Below, one piece after another: positions 37,750 to 49,073 of a DNA stretch of 64,000 nt. The notes beneath the pieces are model-generated. The model did no database searches. It saw only the letters and a program-made list of their open reading frames with translations, and was not told where the DNA came from. The first letter of the stretch is position 1; each line of letters opens with the position of its first letter. The stretch is taken from NCBI GenBank assembly GCA_902168115.1, contig CABHPB010000141.1:1-64000 (forward strand), in the 5' to 3' direction. The stretch comes from an uncultured Methylopila sp. (GTDB taxonomy: Bacteria > Pseudomonadota > Alphaproteobacteria > Rhizobiales > Methylopilaceae). Both the position numbers and the translations under genes were made by a program.

Positions 37750-39498
37750 TCAGGCGCCGCGCTTCCGGCCGCGGCTGAGCGCGACCCGGTAGCTGTCGCG
37801 CTGGTCGTCGATCGATGCGACGACGCGGCCGGACGGGACCCCGACCTCCATCAGCACGAGCTCCGAGAGATGGAGGCTCGGATCGATGTCCTTGACGATC
37901 GTGTCGGTGGCGCCGAGGCGATAGAGCTTCTTGGCGTGACGCACGTCCGTCGCGCGGACGATGATCGGCAGCAGCGGGTTCTCCGCTCTTGCTGCGGTGA
38001 CGGCGGCGTTGACGACGTTGCGGTCGCCGACCGTCACGACCAGCGCCCTCGCCTCCCGCACACCGCAGCGCACGAGAAGCTCCTGGTTGGCGGCGTCGCC
38101 GAAGAACACCGGCCCGGAATGCCGCCTCTGCCGCGCCACCACGCCGACGTCGTCGTCGATCGCGATGAAGGGGATGTCGTTGCGCGCGAGCATCCGCCCG
38201 ACGATCGAGCCCACCCGGCCGTAGCCGGCGAGAATCACCGCAGGGCCGTTCTCGCCGGCCGGCGGTTCGTATTCGAGCTCCTGGGTCGTCGCCGCTGCGC
38301 GCTTCGGGAACCGCGCTCCGAGGCCGATCAGATAGGGCACGAGGAACATCGAGAGCGTGACCCCGGCCATGGCCGTGTTGGCGGCCTCGAGCGGCACGAT
38401 CTGGCCTGACATGGACGGGCTCAGCAGGACGAAGGCGAACTCGCCCCCGCCCGCAATCGCGAGCGCCGCGTCCTTGGCGGCGTTCCAGGACAGCCCGGTC
38501 GCGCGCGCCGCAGCGCAGGTCACCGCGCCCTTGATCAGGATGAAGGCGACGGTCGCGCCGGCCACTTCCGGGAAGCGGCCGAACACCTGCCCGAGGTCCA
38601 GCGTCGCCCCGACCGACAGGAAGAACAGCCCGAGCAGCAGCCCCTTGAACGGCTCGATGATCGCCTCGATCTGGCGGCGGAACTCGGTCTCGGCGAGCAG
38701 CAGGCCGGCGAGGAAGGCGCCGAGCGCCATCGACTGACCGCTCGCCGCCGTGACATAGGCCGTGCCGAGGATCACAAGCAGGCAGAGCGCCATGAACAGC
38801 TCGGCGCTGCGCGTCGCGCCCACCCAGTGAAACAGCGGGCGGAACACGAGCCGGCCGACCGCGATCAGCGCGACCACGGCCCCGACGCCCGGCGCGAGCG
38901 ATCGGAACAGGCTCGCCCCGAGATCCTCCCCCCCGCCGCCGCCCATCAGCGAGACCATCACCAGCAGCGGGGCGACCGCGAGGTCCTGGAACAGCAGGAC
39001 CGAGAAGCTCGCCTGCCCGGAGACGAGGTGGAGGCGGTCCTCCTCGGCGAGCGTCGGGATGATGATCGCGGTCGACGACAGCGAGAGCGCGGCGCCGATC
39101 ACGACGCCGGCGGCCGCGGACAGCCCCGTGCGGTAGGCCGCATAGGCCAGCGCGCCGGAGCATAGGACGATCTGCGCCGAGCCGAGCCCGAACACGAACT
39201 TCTTCGAGTGCCACAGGCGCTCGAGCGAGAGTTCGAGCCCGATCATGAACATCAGGAAGACGACGCCGAGCTCGGCGATTCTGGCGATCTCGCCCGTGTT
39301 GTTGATCGTGACGAGGTCGAGGAGCCCGCTCGAATCGTGCAGGCCGCCCAGCCCGAACGGGCCGAGAATGGCGCCCGACAGGATGAAGCCGTTGATCGGG
39401 CTGAGCTTCAGTTTCTTGAAGAGCGGGATGATGATCGCCGCGGTGGCGAGGAAGGTCAGCGCCTCAGTGTAATACTGGGTTTGATAGAGCTCCTGCAT
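37750..39498 (-). CDS. CPA2-family monovalent cation:proton antiporter with a C-terminal TrkA-N/RCK domain (KefB/KefC-like).
   Basis: It has Na/H-exchanger TM helices. The Rossmann motif ILAGYGRVGSIVGRML is in the C-terminal domain. The start is at the MQELYQ ATG at 39498, preceded by GGGGAAG. Confidence 0.8.
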   Translation of the reverse strand: MQELYQTQYYTEALTFLATAAIIIPLFKKLKLSPINGFILSGAILGPFGLGGLHDSSGLLDLVTINNTGEIARIAELGVVFLMFMIGLELSLERLWHSKKFVFGLGSAQIVLCSGALAYAAYRTGLSAAAGVVIGAALSLSSTAIIIPTLAEEDRLHLVSGQASFSVLLFQDLAVAPLLVMVSLMGGGGGEDLGASLFRSLAPGVGAVVALIAVGRLVFRPLFHWVGATRSAELFMALCLLVILGTAYVTAASGQSMALGAFLAGLLLAETEFRRQIEAIIEPFKGLLLGLFFLSVGATLDLGQVFGRFPEVAGATVAFILIKGAVTCAAARATGLSWNAAKDAALAIAGGGEFAFVLLSPSMSGQIVPLEAANTAMAGVTLSMFLVPYLIGLGARFPKRAAATTQELEYEPPAGENGPAVILAGYGRVGSIVGRMLARNDIPFIAIDDDVGVVARQRRHSGPVFFGDAANQELLVRCGVREARALVVTVGDRNVVNAAVTAARAENPLLPIIVRATDVRHAKKLYRLGATDTIVKDIDPSLHLSELVLMEVGVPSGRVVASIDDQRDSYRVALSRGRKRGA

Positions 39499-39605
39499 GG
39501 CGCTTCCCCGAAACGTCGGCCGGCGCCGACGGCGGCCGAGACGTCCGCCCACGGCAGAATGCTCGGATCCGAGGCGGAAGCGCTAGGACCGTTCGCCACA
39601 CCGAC

Positions 39606-40589
39606 CTACTCGTCGAGCGCGAACTGCATCAGCAGCGTGCGCTGCAGGGGATGGAAGTTGTCGTCGGAGACTACCGTCAGCACCGTGCGGCCGTCGGCTC
39701 CGCGATGGGCCGAGATCCCCTCGAAATTGTCGATCCCCTGCGCGAGGCTCGCCTCCATCAGCACCGGACCGTCGACGACGGCGCCCGGCGCGACGTCCTT
39801 CTCGGCGATGCGCTTCATGCGCACGGAGAGCGAAAAGGGCGGCTGGTAGCGTCGCTCAAGCAGCACGAAGCCGCCGTTTGGCAGACGCGTCAGGTCGGTC
39901 GGCCGGAAATCGTCCGAGCGCGCAAGCGAGAAGGCGAAGGGCTTCTTGCCGCCGACGACGAAGGCCGGGAAGGCGTCGTCGCTGCGGCTGGTCTGGGCGA
40001 TCAGGATCAGGCCGCCGTCCCGCGACCGCGCCAGCGACTCGTAGCCGCCGTTGCGCGCGACGCCGGGCGGCGCCTTCGGCAGCGCCATCGCCTGCCCCGC
40101 GCCTGACGGAAAGCCGTCGGCGTCGAGCGCGTAGCGGGTCAGCCAGTTGACCCGCTCGGCAGTGACCCAGGCGGTGCGCCCCTCAATCTCGAGACCTTCG
40201 GTGTCAAATCCCCTGCGGCCCGGCAGGGGCCGGCCGTCGCGGCCCGGCGTCGCCATGCGCCGCATGTCGGCGACGCCTGCAAGGCGGCCATCTGCGTAGG
40301 TCAGCTTCCCGCGAAACCAGTTGCCGCGATCGCTGATCGCGGTGAGGCCCTCGCCGTCCGCCTCGAGGCGCAAGCCGGACAGGCCGCCGAAATCCGGATC
40401 GGACGAGACGAGCTTGATGCCGCCGAGGAACGTGAGGGAGCCGTAGCGCGCGCCGACCGGCGTCGCGGCGCCGAACCGGTCGATCTGCACGGCCGAGACA
40501 TCGATCGGGGCCGGGCCTGAAGCGTCCTGCGCGGGCGCCGAGCCGGCGAGCGTCGCCGCGATCAGCGCGGCGAGCGCAAGACGCCTCAA
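39606..40589 (-). CDS. Secreted phytase-like esterase family protein.
   Basis: It has a signal peptide and the conserved C-terminal [20 protein letters not shown]. Its start overlaps the cobT stop (ATGA). Confidence 0.65.
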   Translation of the reverse strand: MRRLALAALIAATLAGSAPAQDASGPAPIDVSAVQIDRFGAATPVGARYGSLTFLGGIKLVSSDPDFGGLSGLRLEADGEGLTAISDRGNWFRGKLTYADGRLAGVADMRRMATPGRDGRPLPGRRGFDTEGLEIEGRTAWVTAERVNWLTRYALDADGFPSGAGQAMALPKAPPGVARNGGYESLARSRDGGLILIAQTSRSDDAFPAFVVGGKKPFAFSLARSDDFRPTDLTRLPNGGFVLLERRYQPPFSLSVRMKRIAEKDVAPGAVVDGPVLMEASLAQGIDNFEGISAHRGADGRTVLTVVSDDNFHPLQRTLLMQFALDE

Positions 40590-42466
40590 TGCAGTCGCCG
40601 CGGCGCCGGCGTCGTCGTCTCGTCGAACAGCTCGGCGAGCTTCTCCGTCATCGCGCCGCCGAGCTCCTCGGCGTCGACGATGGTGACGGCGCGGCGATAG
40701 TAGCGCGTGACGTCGTGGCCGATGCCGATCGCGATCAGCTCCACCGGCGAGCGGGTCTCGATCTCGTGGATCACGCGCCTGAGGTGCTTCTCGAGGAAGT
40801 TGCCGGGATTGACCGAGAGCGTGGAGTCGTCGACCGGCGCGCCGTCCGAGATCACCATCAGGATGCGACGCTGCTCGGCGCGCGCCAGCAGGCGGTCATG
40901 CGCCCAGGACAGCGCCTCGCCGTCGATGTTCTCCTTGAGCAGCCCCTCGCGCATCATCAGGCCGAGGTTCTTGCGCGTGCGGCGCCAGGGCGCGTCGGCG
41001 GCCTTGTAGATGATGTGGCGCAGGTCGTTGAGCCGGCCCGGCGCCATCGGCTTGCCGGCGGCGAGCCACTGCTCGCGCGACTGGCCGCCCTTCCAGGCGC
41101 GGGTCGTGAAGCCGAGGATCTCGACCTTCACCCCGCAGCGCTCCAGCGTGCGGGCGAGGATGTCGGCGCAGGTCGCCGCCACCGTGATCGGCCGTCCGCG
41201 CATCGAACCGGAATTGTCGAGCAGCAGCGTGACCACGGTGTCGCGGAAGTCGGTGTCGCGCTCGCGCATGAAGGACAGCGCGCTCATCGGGTCGATGATG
41301 ACGCGCGACAGCCGCGACGGGTCCAGCATGCCCTCTTCGAGGTCGAAGTCCCAGGCGCGGCTCTGCTGCGCGAGCAGGCGCCGCTGCAGCCGGTTCGCGA
41401 GCCGGCCGACCACGCCCTGCAGCTGGTTGAGCTGCTTGTCGAGATAGGAGCGCAGCCGCGCCAGCTCCTCGGCGTCGCAGAGCTCCTCGGCGAGCGCCTC
41501 CTCGTCGAACTTGGTCGTAAAGGCCGAATACTCGAGCTTCTCGCGGTCCTTGCGCGGGTCGTCCTTCGGACGCCACGGCTCGGTCGCCTCCTCGGCCTCG
41601 CCGAGCTCGTCGTCGTCCGGCGCGTCGGTCGGCGGCGCGTCGGCCGCCTCCATCTGCTCGGCATCGTCCTCGTATTCGGCGGAGGATTCCGTCTCGCTCT
41701 CGTCGGCGCCGTCATTGGCCTCGTCGGGCGCGTCGGCGGCGTCGCCGTCCTGCGGCGGCGGCTGGTCGCCCTCGCCCTCGTTCTCGTCGTCGGACGACTG
41801 GCGGTCGGCCGCCAGCTCCTCGCCCATGTCGAGCGAGGACAGCAGGTCGCGGATCGCATGGGCGTAGGCGCCCTGGTCCTCCAGCAGGCGGTCGAGCTTG
41901 GCGAGGTTGACGCCGGCCTTCTCCTCGATCCACGGCCGCCACAGATCGACCAGCTTGCGCGCGGCCTCGGGCGGCTTGCGGCCGGTCAGGCGCTCGCGCA
42001 CGAGCAGCGAGACGGCGTCCTCGAGCGGCGCGTCGGCGCGGTCGGTGACGTCGGCGTGCGGGCTGCGGAGGTAGCGGTCCTCCAGCATCGCGGTGATGTT
42101 CTCGCCCGTGCCGGCCATGCGCCGCGCGCCGATCGCCTCGACGCGGGCCTGCTCGACGGCGTCGAACACGGCCTTGGCCTCGGCTCCCTGCGGCGCAAGA
42201 CGGGCGTGGGTCGCCTGGTCGTGGCAGGCGATCCTGAGCGCCATCGAGTCGGCGTAGCCGCGCAGGATCGCGACGTCGCGCGGATCGAGCCGCCGCGGCG
42301 GCTCAGGCAGGCGGGCCTTGTGGCCCATCAGCGCCGGGCGCTCGGAGGCGAAGGCGACCTCGACCTCCGGATCGCCGGAGATCGCCCGCAGGCAGCCGGT
42401 CACCGCCCGCTTGAACGGTTCGGCCGGGGGCGGCGGCTTCTCGCCGGGCTTGCGGTTGGAGATCAC
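40586..42466 (-). CDS. cobT: Cobaltochelatase subunit CobT (aerobic cobalamin pathway).
   Basis: It has an acidic low-complexity middle region and a C-terminal vWA domain ([11 protein letters not shown]). The protein is 626 aa and lies downstream of cobS. Confidence 0.85.
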   Translation of the reverse strand: MISNRKPGEKPPPPAEPFKRAVTGCLRAISGDPEVEVAFASERPALMGHKARLPEPPRRLDPRDVAILRGYADSMALRIACHDQATHARLAPQGAEAKAVFDAVEQARVEAIGARRMAGTGENITAMLEDRYLRSPHADVTDRADAPLEDAVSLLVRERLTGRKPPEAARKLVDLWRPWIEEKAGVNLAKLDRLLEDQGAYAHAIRDLLSSLDMGEELAADRQSSDDENEGEGDQPPPQDGDAADAPDEANDGADESETESSAEYEDDAEQMEAADAPPTDAPDDDELGEAEEATEPWRPKDDPRKDREKLEYSAFTTKFDEEALAEELCDAEELARLRSYLDKQLNQLQGVVGRLANRLQRRLLAQQSRAWDFDLEEGMLDPSRLSRVIIDPMSALSFMRERDTDFRDTVVTLLLDNSGSMRGRPITVAATCADILARTLERCGVKVEILGFTTRAWKGGQSREQWLAAGKPMAPGRLNDLRHIIYKAADAPWRRTRKNLGLMMREGLLKENIDGEALSWAHDRLLARAEQRRILMVISDGAPVDDSTLSVNPGNFLEKHLRRVIHEIETRSPVELIAIGIGHDVTRYYRRAVTIVDAEELGGAMTEKLAELFDETTTPAPRRLH

Positions 42467-42491
42467 GCGCGGACGGTCTTCTACGGCCTGT

Positions 42492-43490
42492 TCAGCTCAT
42501 CGCGACGTTGACGGCGCTCTCCGGCAGCTCCTTGCCGAAGCAGCGCTGGTAGAACTCGGCGACGAGGCCGCGCTCCAGCTCGTCGCACTTGTTCAGGAAC
42601 GTCAGCCGGAACGAGAAGCCGATGTCGGAGAAGATGTCGGCGTTCTCGGCCCAGGTGATGACCGTGCGCGGGCTCATCACGGTCGACAGGTCGCCGTTCA
42701 TGAAGGCCTGGCGCGTGAGGTCCGCGAGCCGCACCATCTTGGAGACGGTGTCGCGGCCGTCCGGAACCTGCTGATAGTGCGGCGACTTGGCGAGGACGAT
42801 GTCGACCTCCTTGTCGTGCGCGAGATAGTTCAGGGTCGTGACGATCGACCAGCGGTCCATCTGGCCCTGATTGATCTGCTGGGTGCCGTGATAGAGGCCC
42901 GAGGCGTCGCCGAGGCCGACCGTATTGGCGGTCGCGAACAGGCGGAACGCCGGATGCGGGCGGATGATCTTGCGCTGGTCGAGCAGGGTCAGCTTGCCCG
43001 AGACCTCCAGCACGCGCTGGATCACGAACATCACGTCCGGCCGGCCGGCGTCGTATTCGTCGAACACCAGCGCCACGTTGTTCTGCAGCGCCCAGGGCAG
43101 GATGCCGTCGCGGAACTCGGTGACCTGCTGGCCGTCCTTGAGGACGATCGCGTCCTTGCCGATCAGGTCGATGCGGCTGACATGGCTGTCGAGGTTGACG
43201 CGCACGCAGGGCCAGTTGAGCCGCGCCGCGACCTGCTCGACATGGGTCGACTTGCCCGTGCCGTGGTAGCCCGTGATCATCACGCGGCGGTTCATCTTGA
43301 AGCCGGCGAGGATCGCGAGCGTGGTGTCGTGGTCGAACAGGTAGTCCGGGTCGAGATCCGGGACCGCGCCCTTGGCCTCGCCGAAGGCCGGCACCTCCAT
43401 GTCGGTGTCGATGCCGAAGACCTGTCGGGCGGACACCTTCATGTCGGGCGTCGGCGCTTCGGTCGCTGTGGCTTCGAGGGCGACAGTCAT
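42492..43490 (-). CDS. cobS: Cobaltochelatase subunit CobS (AAA+ MoxR-like ATPase).
   Basis: The Walker A motif is GYHGTGKST. The protein is 332 aa. Confidence 0.9.
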   Translation of the reverse strand: MTVALEATATEAPTPDMKVSARQVFGIDTDMEVPAFGEAKGAVPDLDPDYLFDHDTTLAILAGFKMNRRVMITGYHGTGKSTHVEQVAARLNWPCVRVNLDSHVSRIDLIGKDAIVLKDGQQVTEFRDGILPWALQNNVALVFDEYDAGRPDVMFVIQRVLEVSGKLTLLDQRKIIRPHPAFRLFATANTVGLGDASGLYHGTQQINQGQMDRWSIVTTLNYLAHDKEVDIVLAKSPHYQQVPDGRDTVSKMVRLADLTRQAFMNGDLSTVMSPRTVITWAENADIFSDIGFSFRLTFLNKCDELERGLVAEFYQRCFGKELPESAVNVAMS

Positions 43491-43578
43491 GAAATCTCCT
43501 GGTCGGGCGCGTCCGTGGCGGGCCGGTCCGGCCCGCGCGCCCGTCTTGCGGCGCGAACTGCGCGCCGGAGCCGTGAAA

Positions 43579-44208
43579 TCAGCAGAGGCCGACGGATCGC
43601 AGATAGTTATAGGCTTGGATGATCTCGCGCAATTTGTCCTCGGCGCCGCGGTCGCCGCCGTTGGTGTCCGGGTGGAAGCGGATCAGCAGCTCCTTGTAGC
43701 GGGCGCGGATCTCCTCGCGGCTCGCGCCGGCGCCGAGGTTGAGGGCCTCCAGCGACTTCATCTCGACCTTCTTGATCTCGCGGCGCGGCTCCCGCCTCGC
43801 CTGCGGCCCGTCCTCGCCGAAGACGCCGAGGTCGTCCTCGAAGGCGAACTCGCCGGCCCAGCCGCGGTTGCGCCCGCGCTTGCGGTCCGCGCCGTTGCGC
43901 GCCTCGGCCGAGGGGCCGCCGTTGCGGCCCATGGCCCAGGTCGGACGGTGGCCGACATGGGCGTCGCGCTCATAGGCGCGCAGCGCCTCGTCCGACATGC
44001 CGGAGAAGAAATTGTAGGACTGGTTGTACTCGCGCACGTGCTGGAGGCAGAACCGCCAGTACTCGTTCTCGCGGTCCCGGCCCTTCGGCGCGCGGTAGAG
44101 CCCGGCGTCCCGGCAGCCCGGATGCTGACAGCGCGCGGCCTGGGGCTCGGGGCGCTCCTCGCCCCGGGACACCCGGACCTTGTCGAACCATTCGCTGTCG
44201 AGCTTCAT
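43579..44208 (-). CDS. J-domain protein with a C-terminal DnaJ domain and an N-terminal Cys-rich region.
   Basis: The J-domain HPD motif is present ([16 protein letters not shown]). The gene lies upstream of cobS. Confidence 0.7.
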   Translation of the reverse strand: MKLDSEWFDKVRVSRGEERPEPQAARCQHPGCRDAGLYRAPKGRDRENEYWRFCLQHVREYNQSYNFFSGMSDEALRAYERDAHVGHRPTWAMGRNGGPSAEARNGADRKRGRNRGWAGEFAFEDDLGVFGEDGPQARREPRREIKKVEMKSLEALNLGAGASREEIRARYKELLIRFHPDTNGGDRGAEDKLREIIQAYNYLRSVGLC

Positions 44209-44345
44209 GACGACGCCATTATGGGCGTCGTGGCATAACGGAACAAGAACGCGCGACGCATGGCCCCGCCGGCTTCGGGGGGCTTGACGCGCTCTTGCGC
44301 GGTCGACATCTCCCGCGTCCCGAAAGGCGTTGGGGAGAGACCGAC

Positions 44346-44624
44346 ATGAGCGTGCGCGCGCGGATCGAGACCGCTCTGACCGAGGCGCTGAAGCCCGAGC
44401 GGCTCGAGGTCATCGACGAGAGCCACCTGCACGCCGGCCACGCCGGCGCGCGGCCGGAAGGCGAGACGCATTTCCGGGTCCACATCGTCTCCGGGGCGTT
44501 CTCCGGCCTCAGCCGCGTCGACCGGCACCGGCGCGTCAACCAGCTGCTCGCGGGCGAACTCGCTGGCCCGGTGCACGCGCTCGCGATCGACGCGCGCTCG
44601 CCGGAGGAGCCGGGACGGCCGTAA
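44346..44624 (+). CDS. BolA-family protein.
   Basis: It starts MSVRARIETALTEALKPERLEVIDESHLHAGH and contains FRVHIVSGAFSGLSRVDRHRRVNQLL. GGGGAGAG lies upstream of the ATG at 44346. Confidence 0.8.
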   Translation: MSVRARIETALTEALKPERLEVIDESHLHAGHAGARPEGETHFRVHIVSGAFSGLSRVDRHRRVNQLLAGELAGPVHALAIDARSPEEPGRP

Positions 44625-44627
44625 GGC

Positions 44628-45857
44628 CTAGCTCGGCGTCGCGGCCGCGGGCGCCGTCACACGTTCCGGCCGCACGCCGATCCCGACGATGCGCGCCGGG
44701 ATCGCGCGCAGGGCGGGCACGGCGCGCATCAGCTTCAGGATGAAGGGCGGCTGCAACCTTTCGGTCGAGGCCAGCACCGGCGAGACCACGCGGTTCTGGA
44801 CCGCGATCTGCAGCCGCTGGATCACGCGCGTCGGGAACAGCCTGCGCTCCTGCACCCGCGCGAGATCGTCGTCGCTCGCCCTGCCCTGCCGCAGCGGCTC
44901 GGCGAGGATGTTCGCCGCCGCGACCGCGTCCTGGATCGCGAGGTTGATGCCGACGCCGCCGATCGGGGACATGGCGTGCGCCGCGTCGCCGATGCAGAGC
45001 ACGCCCAGCGCGTGCCAGCGCTTCAGCCGGTCGACCGCGACGGAGAGCACGCTGACCTTGTCCCAGCCGTCGATCAGCGTCGCGCGGTCGGCGAGCGGCG
45101 GGGCGAGGCGACCGATCCGGTCCCGGAACGCGTCGAGTCCGGCCGCCTTCACGGCGTCCCAGCCGCCCTTCGGGATCACCAGCGCGCACTGCCAGTAGTC
45201 GCCGCGATAGATGGTGACAAACAGGCCGCCGGCGGAGAACCGCCCGCCCGTCGCCTCGCCGTCGCTCTCGTGACGCGGCAGGCGGAACCAGACCACGTCC
45301 ATCGGCGCCCCGAGCGTCTCGACCTCGAAGCCGGCGGCGGACCGGATCGTCGAGCGACGGCCGTCCGCGCCGACGACGAGGTCGCAGGCCACCTCGAGCG
45401 GGCCGTCGGACGTCTCAGCCTTCAGCCCGACGACCCGTCCGCGATCGCGGATGAGCTCCTTCGCCTCGGCCCGACGGATCAGGCGGAAGTTCGGATAGCG
45501 CTCGGCCTCGCCTGCGATGAAGTCGAGGAAATCCCACTGCGGAAGCAGCGCGATGAAGGGCAGCACCGCGTCGATCTTCCGGAAGTCGGCGATGACGAAC
45601 GGCTCCTCCTCGACGAAGCCGGTCAGCGTCTCGACCTCCTGATGCGGCAGCCGCAGGAAGGAGTCGAGCAGGCCGAGATCGTCGAGGATGTTGAGCGTCG
45701 AGGGATGGATCGTGTCGCCGCGGAAGTCGCGCAGGAAGTCGGCGTGCTTCTCCAGTACGACGACGTCGACGCCGCCGCGCGCGAGCAACAGGCCGAGCAT
45801 CAGCCCGGCCGGCCCGCCTCCGGCGACGCAGCACTGGGTCGTCAGCTCCATCGCCAA
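44628..45857 (-). CDS. FAD-dependent monooxygenase (UbiH/Coq6-like).
   Basis: It has GGGPAGLMLGLLLARGGVDVVVLEK as the FAD fold and the DG and GD motifs GADGRRSTIR and LCIGDAAHAMSPIGGVG. Confidence 0.8.
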   Translation of the reverse strand: MAMELTTQCCVAGGGPAGLMLGLLLARGGVDVVVLEKHADFLRDFRGDTIHPSTLNILDDLGLLDSFLRLPHQEVETLTGFVEEEPFVIADFRKIDAVLPFIALLPQWDFLDFIAGEAERYPNFRLIRRAEAKELIRDRGRVVGLKAETSDGPLEVACDLVVGADGRRSTIRSAAGFEVETLGAPMDVVWFRLPRHESDGEATGGRFSAGGLFVTIYRGDYWQCALVIPKGGWDAVKAAGLDAFRDRIGRLAPPLADRATLIDGWDKVSVLSVAVDRLKRWHALGVLCIGDAAHAMSPIGGVGINLAIQDAVAAANILAEPLRQGRASDDDLARVQERRLFPTRVIQRLQIAVQNRVVSPVLASTERLQPPFILKLMRAVPALRAIPARIVGIGVRPERVTAPAAATPS

Positions 45858-45929
45858 GCCCCGAAAGTCGCCTCGCCCCGAAGATCGCCAGGCCGGCGGC
45901 CCGCGCGAGCGGGCCGCCGGAAACGCGCG

Positions 45930-47045
45930 CTACAGCGCCCGGCCGGCGCGGCAGCCGCGGCCGTCCGGCGCGAAGGCGACGGCGAGGTCCCGGCAGACGA
46001 TCTCCTGCGCGGTGCGGGCGTGGCGCACGATCGCGCCCATGCCGAAGAAGCCGTGCGAGACGCCCTCGAAGTCGACGCCATTGACGTCGACGCCGGCCGC
46101 CCGCAGCCGTTCGCCGAGCTCCAGCCCTTCGGAGCGCAGCGGATCGATCTCGGCGGTCAGCAGCGTCGTCGGAGGAAGGCCGGCGAGGTCGGCGCGGCCG
46201 ACGACGTCGAGCCGTGGGTCCGCCTTTTCGGCCGGACTCATCAGCGCATGGCCGAAGATCCACTCGATCATCGCCTTGTTCACCGGGCGGGCGAACTCGT
46301 TGATGCGGAACGAGGGGGTGGTCATGTCGACGCCCGCGATCGGGTAGATCAGCGCGAGATGCACCGGCGACTGCAGACCGCGGTCGCGCGCGGCGACCGC
46401 GACGTTGATCGCGAGGTTGCCGCCCGCGCTCTCGCCGGCGACCGCCACCACGTCCGGCGTGCCGCCGAACTCGGCGGCGTGCGCGACGACGTGCTCATAT
46501 GCCGCGACGGCGTCGTCATGCGCGGCCGGGAACTTGTGCTCGGGCGCGCGGCGTGTCTCGACCGCGACGACGACGGCGCCGGTGCGGGCCGCGATCGCCC
46601 GCGCGCTCGAATCGTAGTCGTCGAGGTTCGAGAGCACCCAGCCGCCGCCGGGATAATAGACGACGATCGGGCGCGGCTCGCCGCCGTTCGCCGGCCTGTA
46701 GACGCGTAGGCCGAGCGTCTCGCCGCCGCTCTCATAGCTCGCGTCGCGCGTCGGGATGTCGTCGTCGGGATCGCTGACGCCACACTTCGCCATCAGCGAG
46801 GAGACGGCGTCGGCGGGGGACGGCTGCCGGCGCGCCTCCTCCGGAGTGCAGTCCTCGATCGGCTGGGCGCCGAGAACCTTCAATTCCTCGAGCACCCGCG
46901 CCATGTCGAGCTCGGCGCGCGCGGTCGGGTCTCCCGCGACGGCGCCGAGAATGCGGCTGACGCGCTCCCCGAAGGTCGCGGGGGCGTGGGGATCGAGGGC
47001 TTGCGAGTCGGTAGCGCGGGTATCGGTGGAGTCAGGCGTCGACAT
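45930..47045 (-). CDS. Alpha/beta-hydrolase fold-3 esterase/lipase (HSL family).
   Basis: It has the oxyanion-hole motif YYPGGGW and the nucleophile motif GESAGGNLA. The start was trimmed to the ATG at 47045, preceded by GAGGAG. Confidence 0.75.
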   Translation of the reverse strand: MSTPDSTDTRATDSQALDPHAPATFGERVSRILGAVAGDPTARAELDMARVLEELKVLGAQPIEDCTPEEARRQPSPADAVSSLMAKCGVSDPDDDIPTRDASYESGGETLGLRVYRPANGGEPRPIVVYYPGGGWVLSNLDDYDSSARAIAARTGAVVVAVETRRAPEHKFPAAHDDAVAAYEHVVAHAAEFGGTPDVVAVAGESAGGNLAINVAVAARDRGLQSPVHLALIYPIAGVDMTTPSFRINEFARPVNKAMIEWIFGHALMSPAEKADPRLDVVGRADLAGLPPTTLLTAEIDPLRSEGLELGERLRAAGVDVNGVDFEGVSHGFFGMGAIVRHARTAQEIVCRDLAVAFAPDGRGCRAGRAL

Positions 47046-47175
47046 GCGGCGTCTCCTCGCGACGAGGCCCCGCACGGTTCGCCCGCATTCGGGGCCAGCT
47101 TCTTGGAACGCACAGAGTGGACTCTCGTTCCGCCCGCGTGAAGACATATGAAACAGATTGTGAAGGAGGCGCGCC

Positions 47176-47448
47176 GTGGACGACGACCTCGACGCCATGA
47201 GCCGGGACGATCTCGTTGCCGAGGTCCGCAGGCTCAGACGTGGCATCCGCGAGCATCGCGATTCGAGCGGCCACGATCTGTGCTGGCATCACCCGCAGCT
47301 CTGGGGGCTGCTGCCGGAGCGGATCGACCCGAGCGTCGCCGTTCCACCGTGGCCAAAATTCCTGCGCGGCTGCCTCGCCTATCGCGAGGCGCTGGACCGG
47401 GAGCTTTCAGGCGCTCCCGTCCACGACAGGGAATTTCGAAAGGACTGA
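47176..47448 (+). CDS. Small hypothetical protein of 90 aa.
   Basis: It has a GTG start with a strong AAGGAGG 6 nt upstream. I did not recognise a family. Confidence 0.45.
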   Translation: MDDDLDAMSRDDLVAEVRRLRRGIREHRDSSGHDLCWHHPQLWGLLPERIDPSVAVPPWPKFLRGCLAYREALDRELSGAPVHDREFRKD

Positions 47449-47485
47449 GGCCGCGGCGAGCCCGGGCGGCCTCAAACGCGTCCGT

Positions 47486-47941
47486 TCAGGACGCGGCGGC
47501 TTCCGTCGCCGCGTCGAGCAGGGAGCGGTTGGCGGCGGTCGCTTGCTCGAGGTCGAGGCCGGCGCGGCGCGCAAGGGTGCGGGCGTCGTCGAAGGCGATC
47601 GAGACGGCGCCGCGGTCTTCGGAGACGAGCACGCGCAGGCGCGGCTCGATCTCGTCCATGGCGTAGCCGCTGGGCTCGCCCTGGTGAGTCGGGTCGACGA
47701 ACATCACGAGCGTGGCCGGACCGGCGGGACCCGGGCGCTCGACCTTCACGAGCGTCTCGACGCCGCGACGGCGCAGCGCGCTCTCGAGGGCGGCCACGGT
47801 GGCCTTCAGGCCCTGTGCGCTGCGGACCGTCTGCGGGCGGTTCTGCTGCGAGGCGCCGGCTTCGGCCGGCAGGCTGGTCGGCAGCGCGGCCGCGGCCAGA
47901 ACGAACGCCAGGATGGCGCACAGGAAGATCGCGACACGCAT
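47486..47941 (-). CDS. Secreted DUF302-like protein.
   Basis: It has a signal peptide (MRVAIFLCAILAFVLAAAA). The track ORF starts 11 codons upstream. Confidence 0.5.
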   Translation of the reverse strand: MRVAIFLCAILAFVLAAAALPTSLPAEAGASQQNRPQTVRSAQGLKATVAALESALRRRGVETLVKVERPGPAGPATLVMFVDPTHQGEPSGYAMDEIEPRLRVLVSEDRGAVSIAFDDARTLARRAGLDLEQATAANRSLLDAATEAAAS

Positions 47942-48223
47942 AAACTTACATCCCCGAAACGGCCGGTTCGCCACGACGCTATAAACGTCCGGATTCGGTT
48001 AGGGATCCGTTGAGATCGATCTTTCCGGGGGGTGTTGCAAAGACGTCGCGGTGGCGCGCCGCGGCCGGCGCTTGCCCCGCCGCGGCGGGTTTGGCATCGT
48101 CGCGCCCGCCGCCGCTGAGGGCGGCCTGAAGGCGTTTCCGCACGGCCCCGATGGAGGCCTTGGCGGCTTTCCGCTCCCACACGATCGCGCGGCGGCCGCA
48201 GGCGCCCGCGGAGACGAAAGCCC

Positions 48224-49069
48224 ATGTCCATCATCACCCGCAGGATTTTCGGCGGCGCCGCCCTCGCCTTCGCCATCGCGGCGCAGCCTTTCGCGGCGTT
48301 CGCCCAGGAGGCGAACGCGCCCGCAGGTTCCGGCGCGGCCGCGGCCGACGCCAAGGCCCCGGTCGTCGTGTTCGCGGCCGCCTCGCTCAAGAACGCGCTC
48401 GACGCCATCGCCAAGGACTGGACCAGAGAGAGCGGCGTCGAGGTCAAGGTCAGCTACGCCGCCTCCTCCGCCCTCGCCAAGCAGATCGAGCAGGCGGCGC
48501 CGGCGGACCTGTTCATCTCGGCCGACGTGCCGTGGATGGACTATGTCGCGCAGAAGGACCTAACCGTCCCGTCGACCCGCGTCGACCTGCTCGGCAACCG
48601 CCTCGTCCTCGTCGCTTCGAAGGACTGGTCGAAGGGCGACGTCGAGCTGAAGTCGGGCGCGGACCTCGCGGGCCTGCTCGGCGACGGGCGTCTCGCCATG
48701 GGCGAGGTCTCCTCGGTCCCGGCCGGCAAATACGGCAAGGCGGCGCTCGAGAAGCTCGGAATCTGGTCGAGCGTCTCCGCAAAGGTGGCGGGCGCGGAAA
48801 ACGTGCGCGCGGCGCTTGCGCTGGTCTCGCGCGGCGAGGCTCCGCTCGGGATCGTCTACAAGACGGACGCGGCCGCCGACAAAGGCGTGAAGATCGTTGG
48901 AACCTTCCCTGCCGACAGCCACCCGCCGATCATCTATCCCGCGGCGAAGCTGAAGGGCGCGACCAGCGCCAGCGCCGACGCCTTCCTGAAGAGGCTGTCG
49001 TCGGCGGGCGCGAAGAAGACCTTCGAGGAGGCCGGCTTCACGGTGATCGCGCCGCCTTCGGGGAGCTGA
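48224..49069 (+). CDS. modA: Molybdate ABC transporter substrate-binding protein.
   Basis: It has a signal peptide and the ModA fold (AASLKNALDAIAK, YAASSALAKQIEQAAPADLFISAD). Confidence 0.85.
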   Translation: MSIITRRIFGGAALAFAIAAQPFAAFAQEANAPAGSGAAAADAKAPVVVFAAASLKNALDAIAKDWTRESGVEVKVSYAASSALAKQIEQAAPADLFISADVPWMDYVAQKDLTVPSTRVDLLGNRLVLVASKDWSKGDVELKSGADLAGLLGDGRLAMGEVSSVPAGKYGKAALEKLGIWSSVSAKVAGAENVRAALALVSRGEAPLGIVYKTDAAADKGVKIVGTFPADSHPPIIYPAAKLKGATSASADAFLKRLSSAGAKKTFEEAGFTVIAPPSGS

Positions 49070-49073
49070 CGCG

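Noticed and set aside
40589-42511. 640-aa plus ORF opposite cobT.
   Set aside because: It is an antisense artifact.
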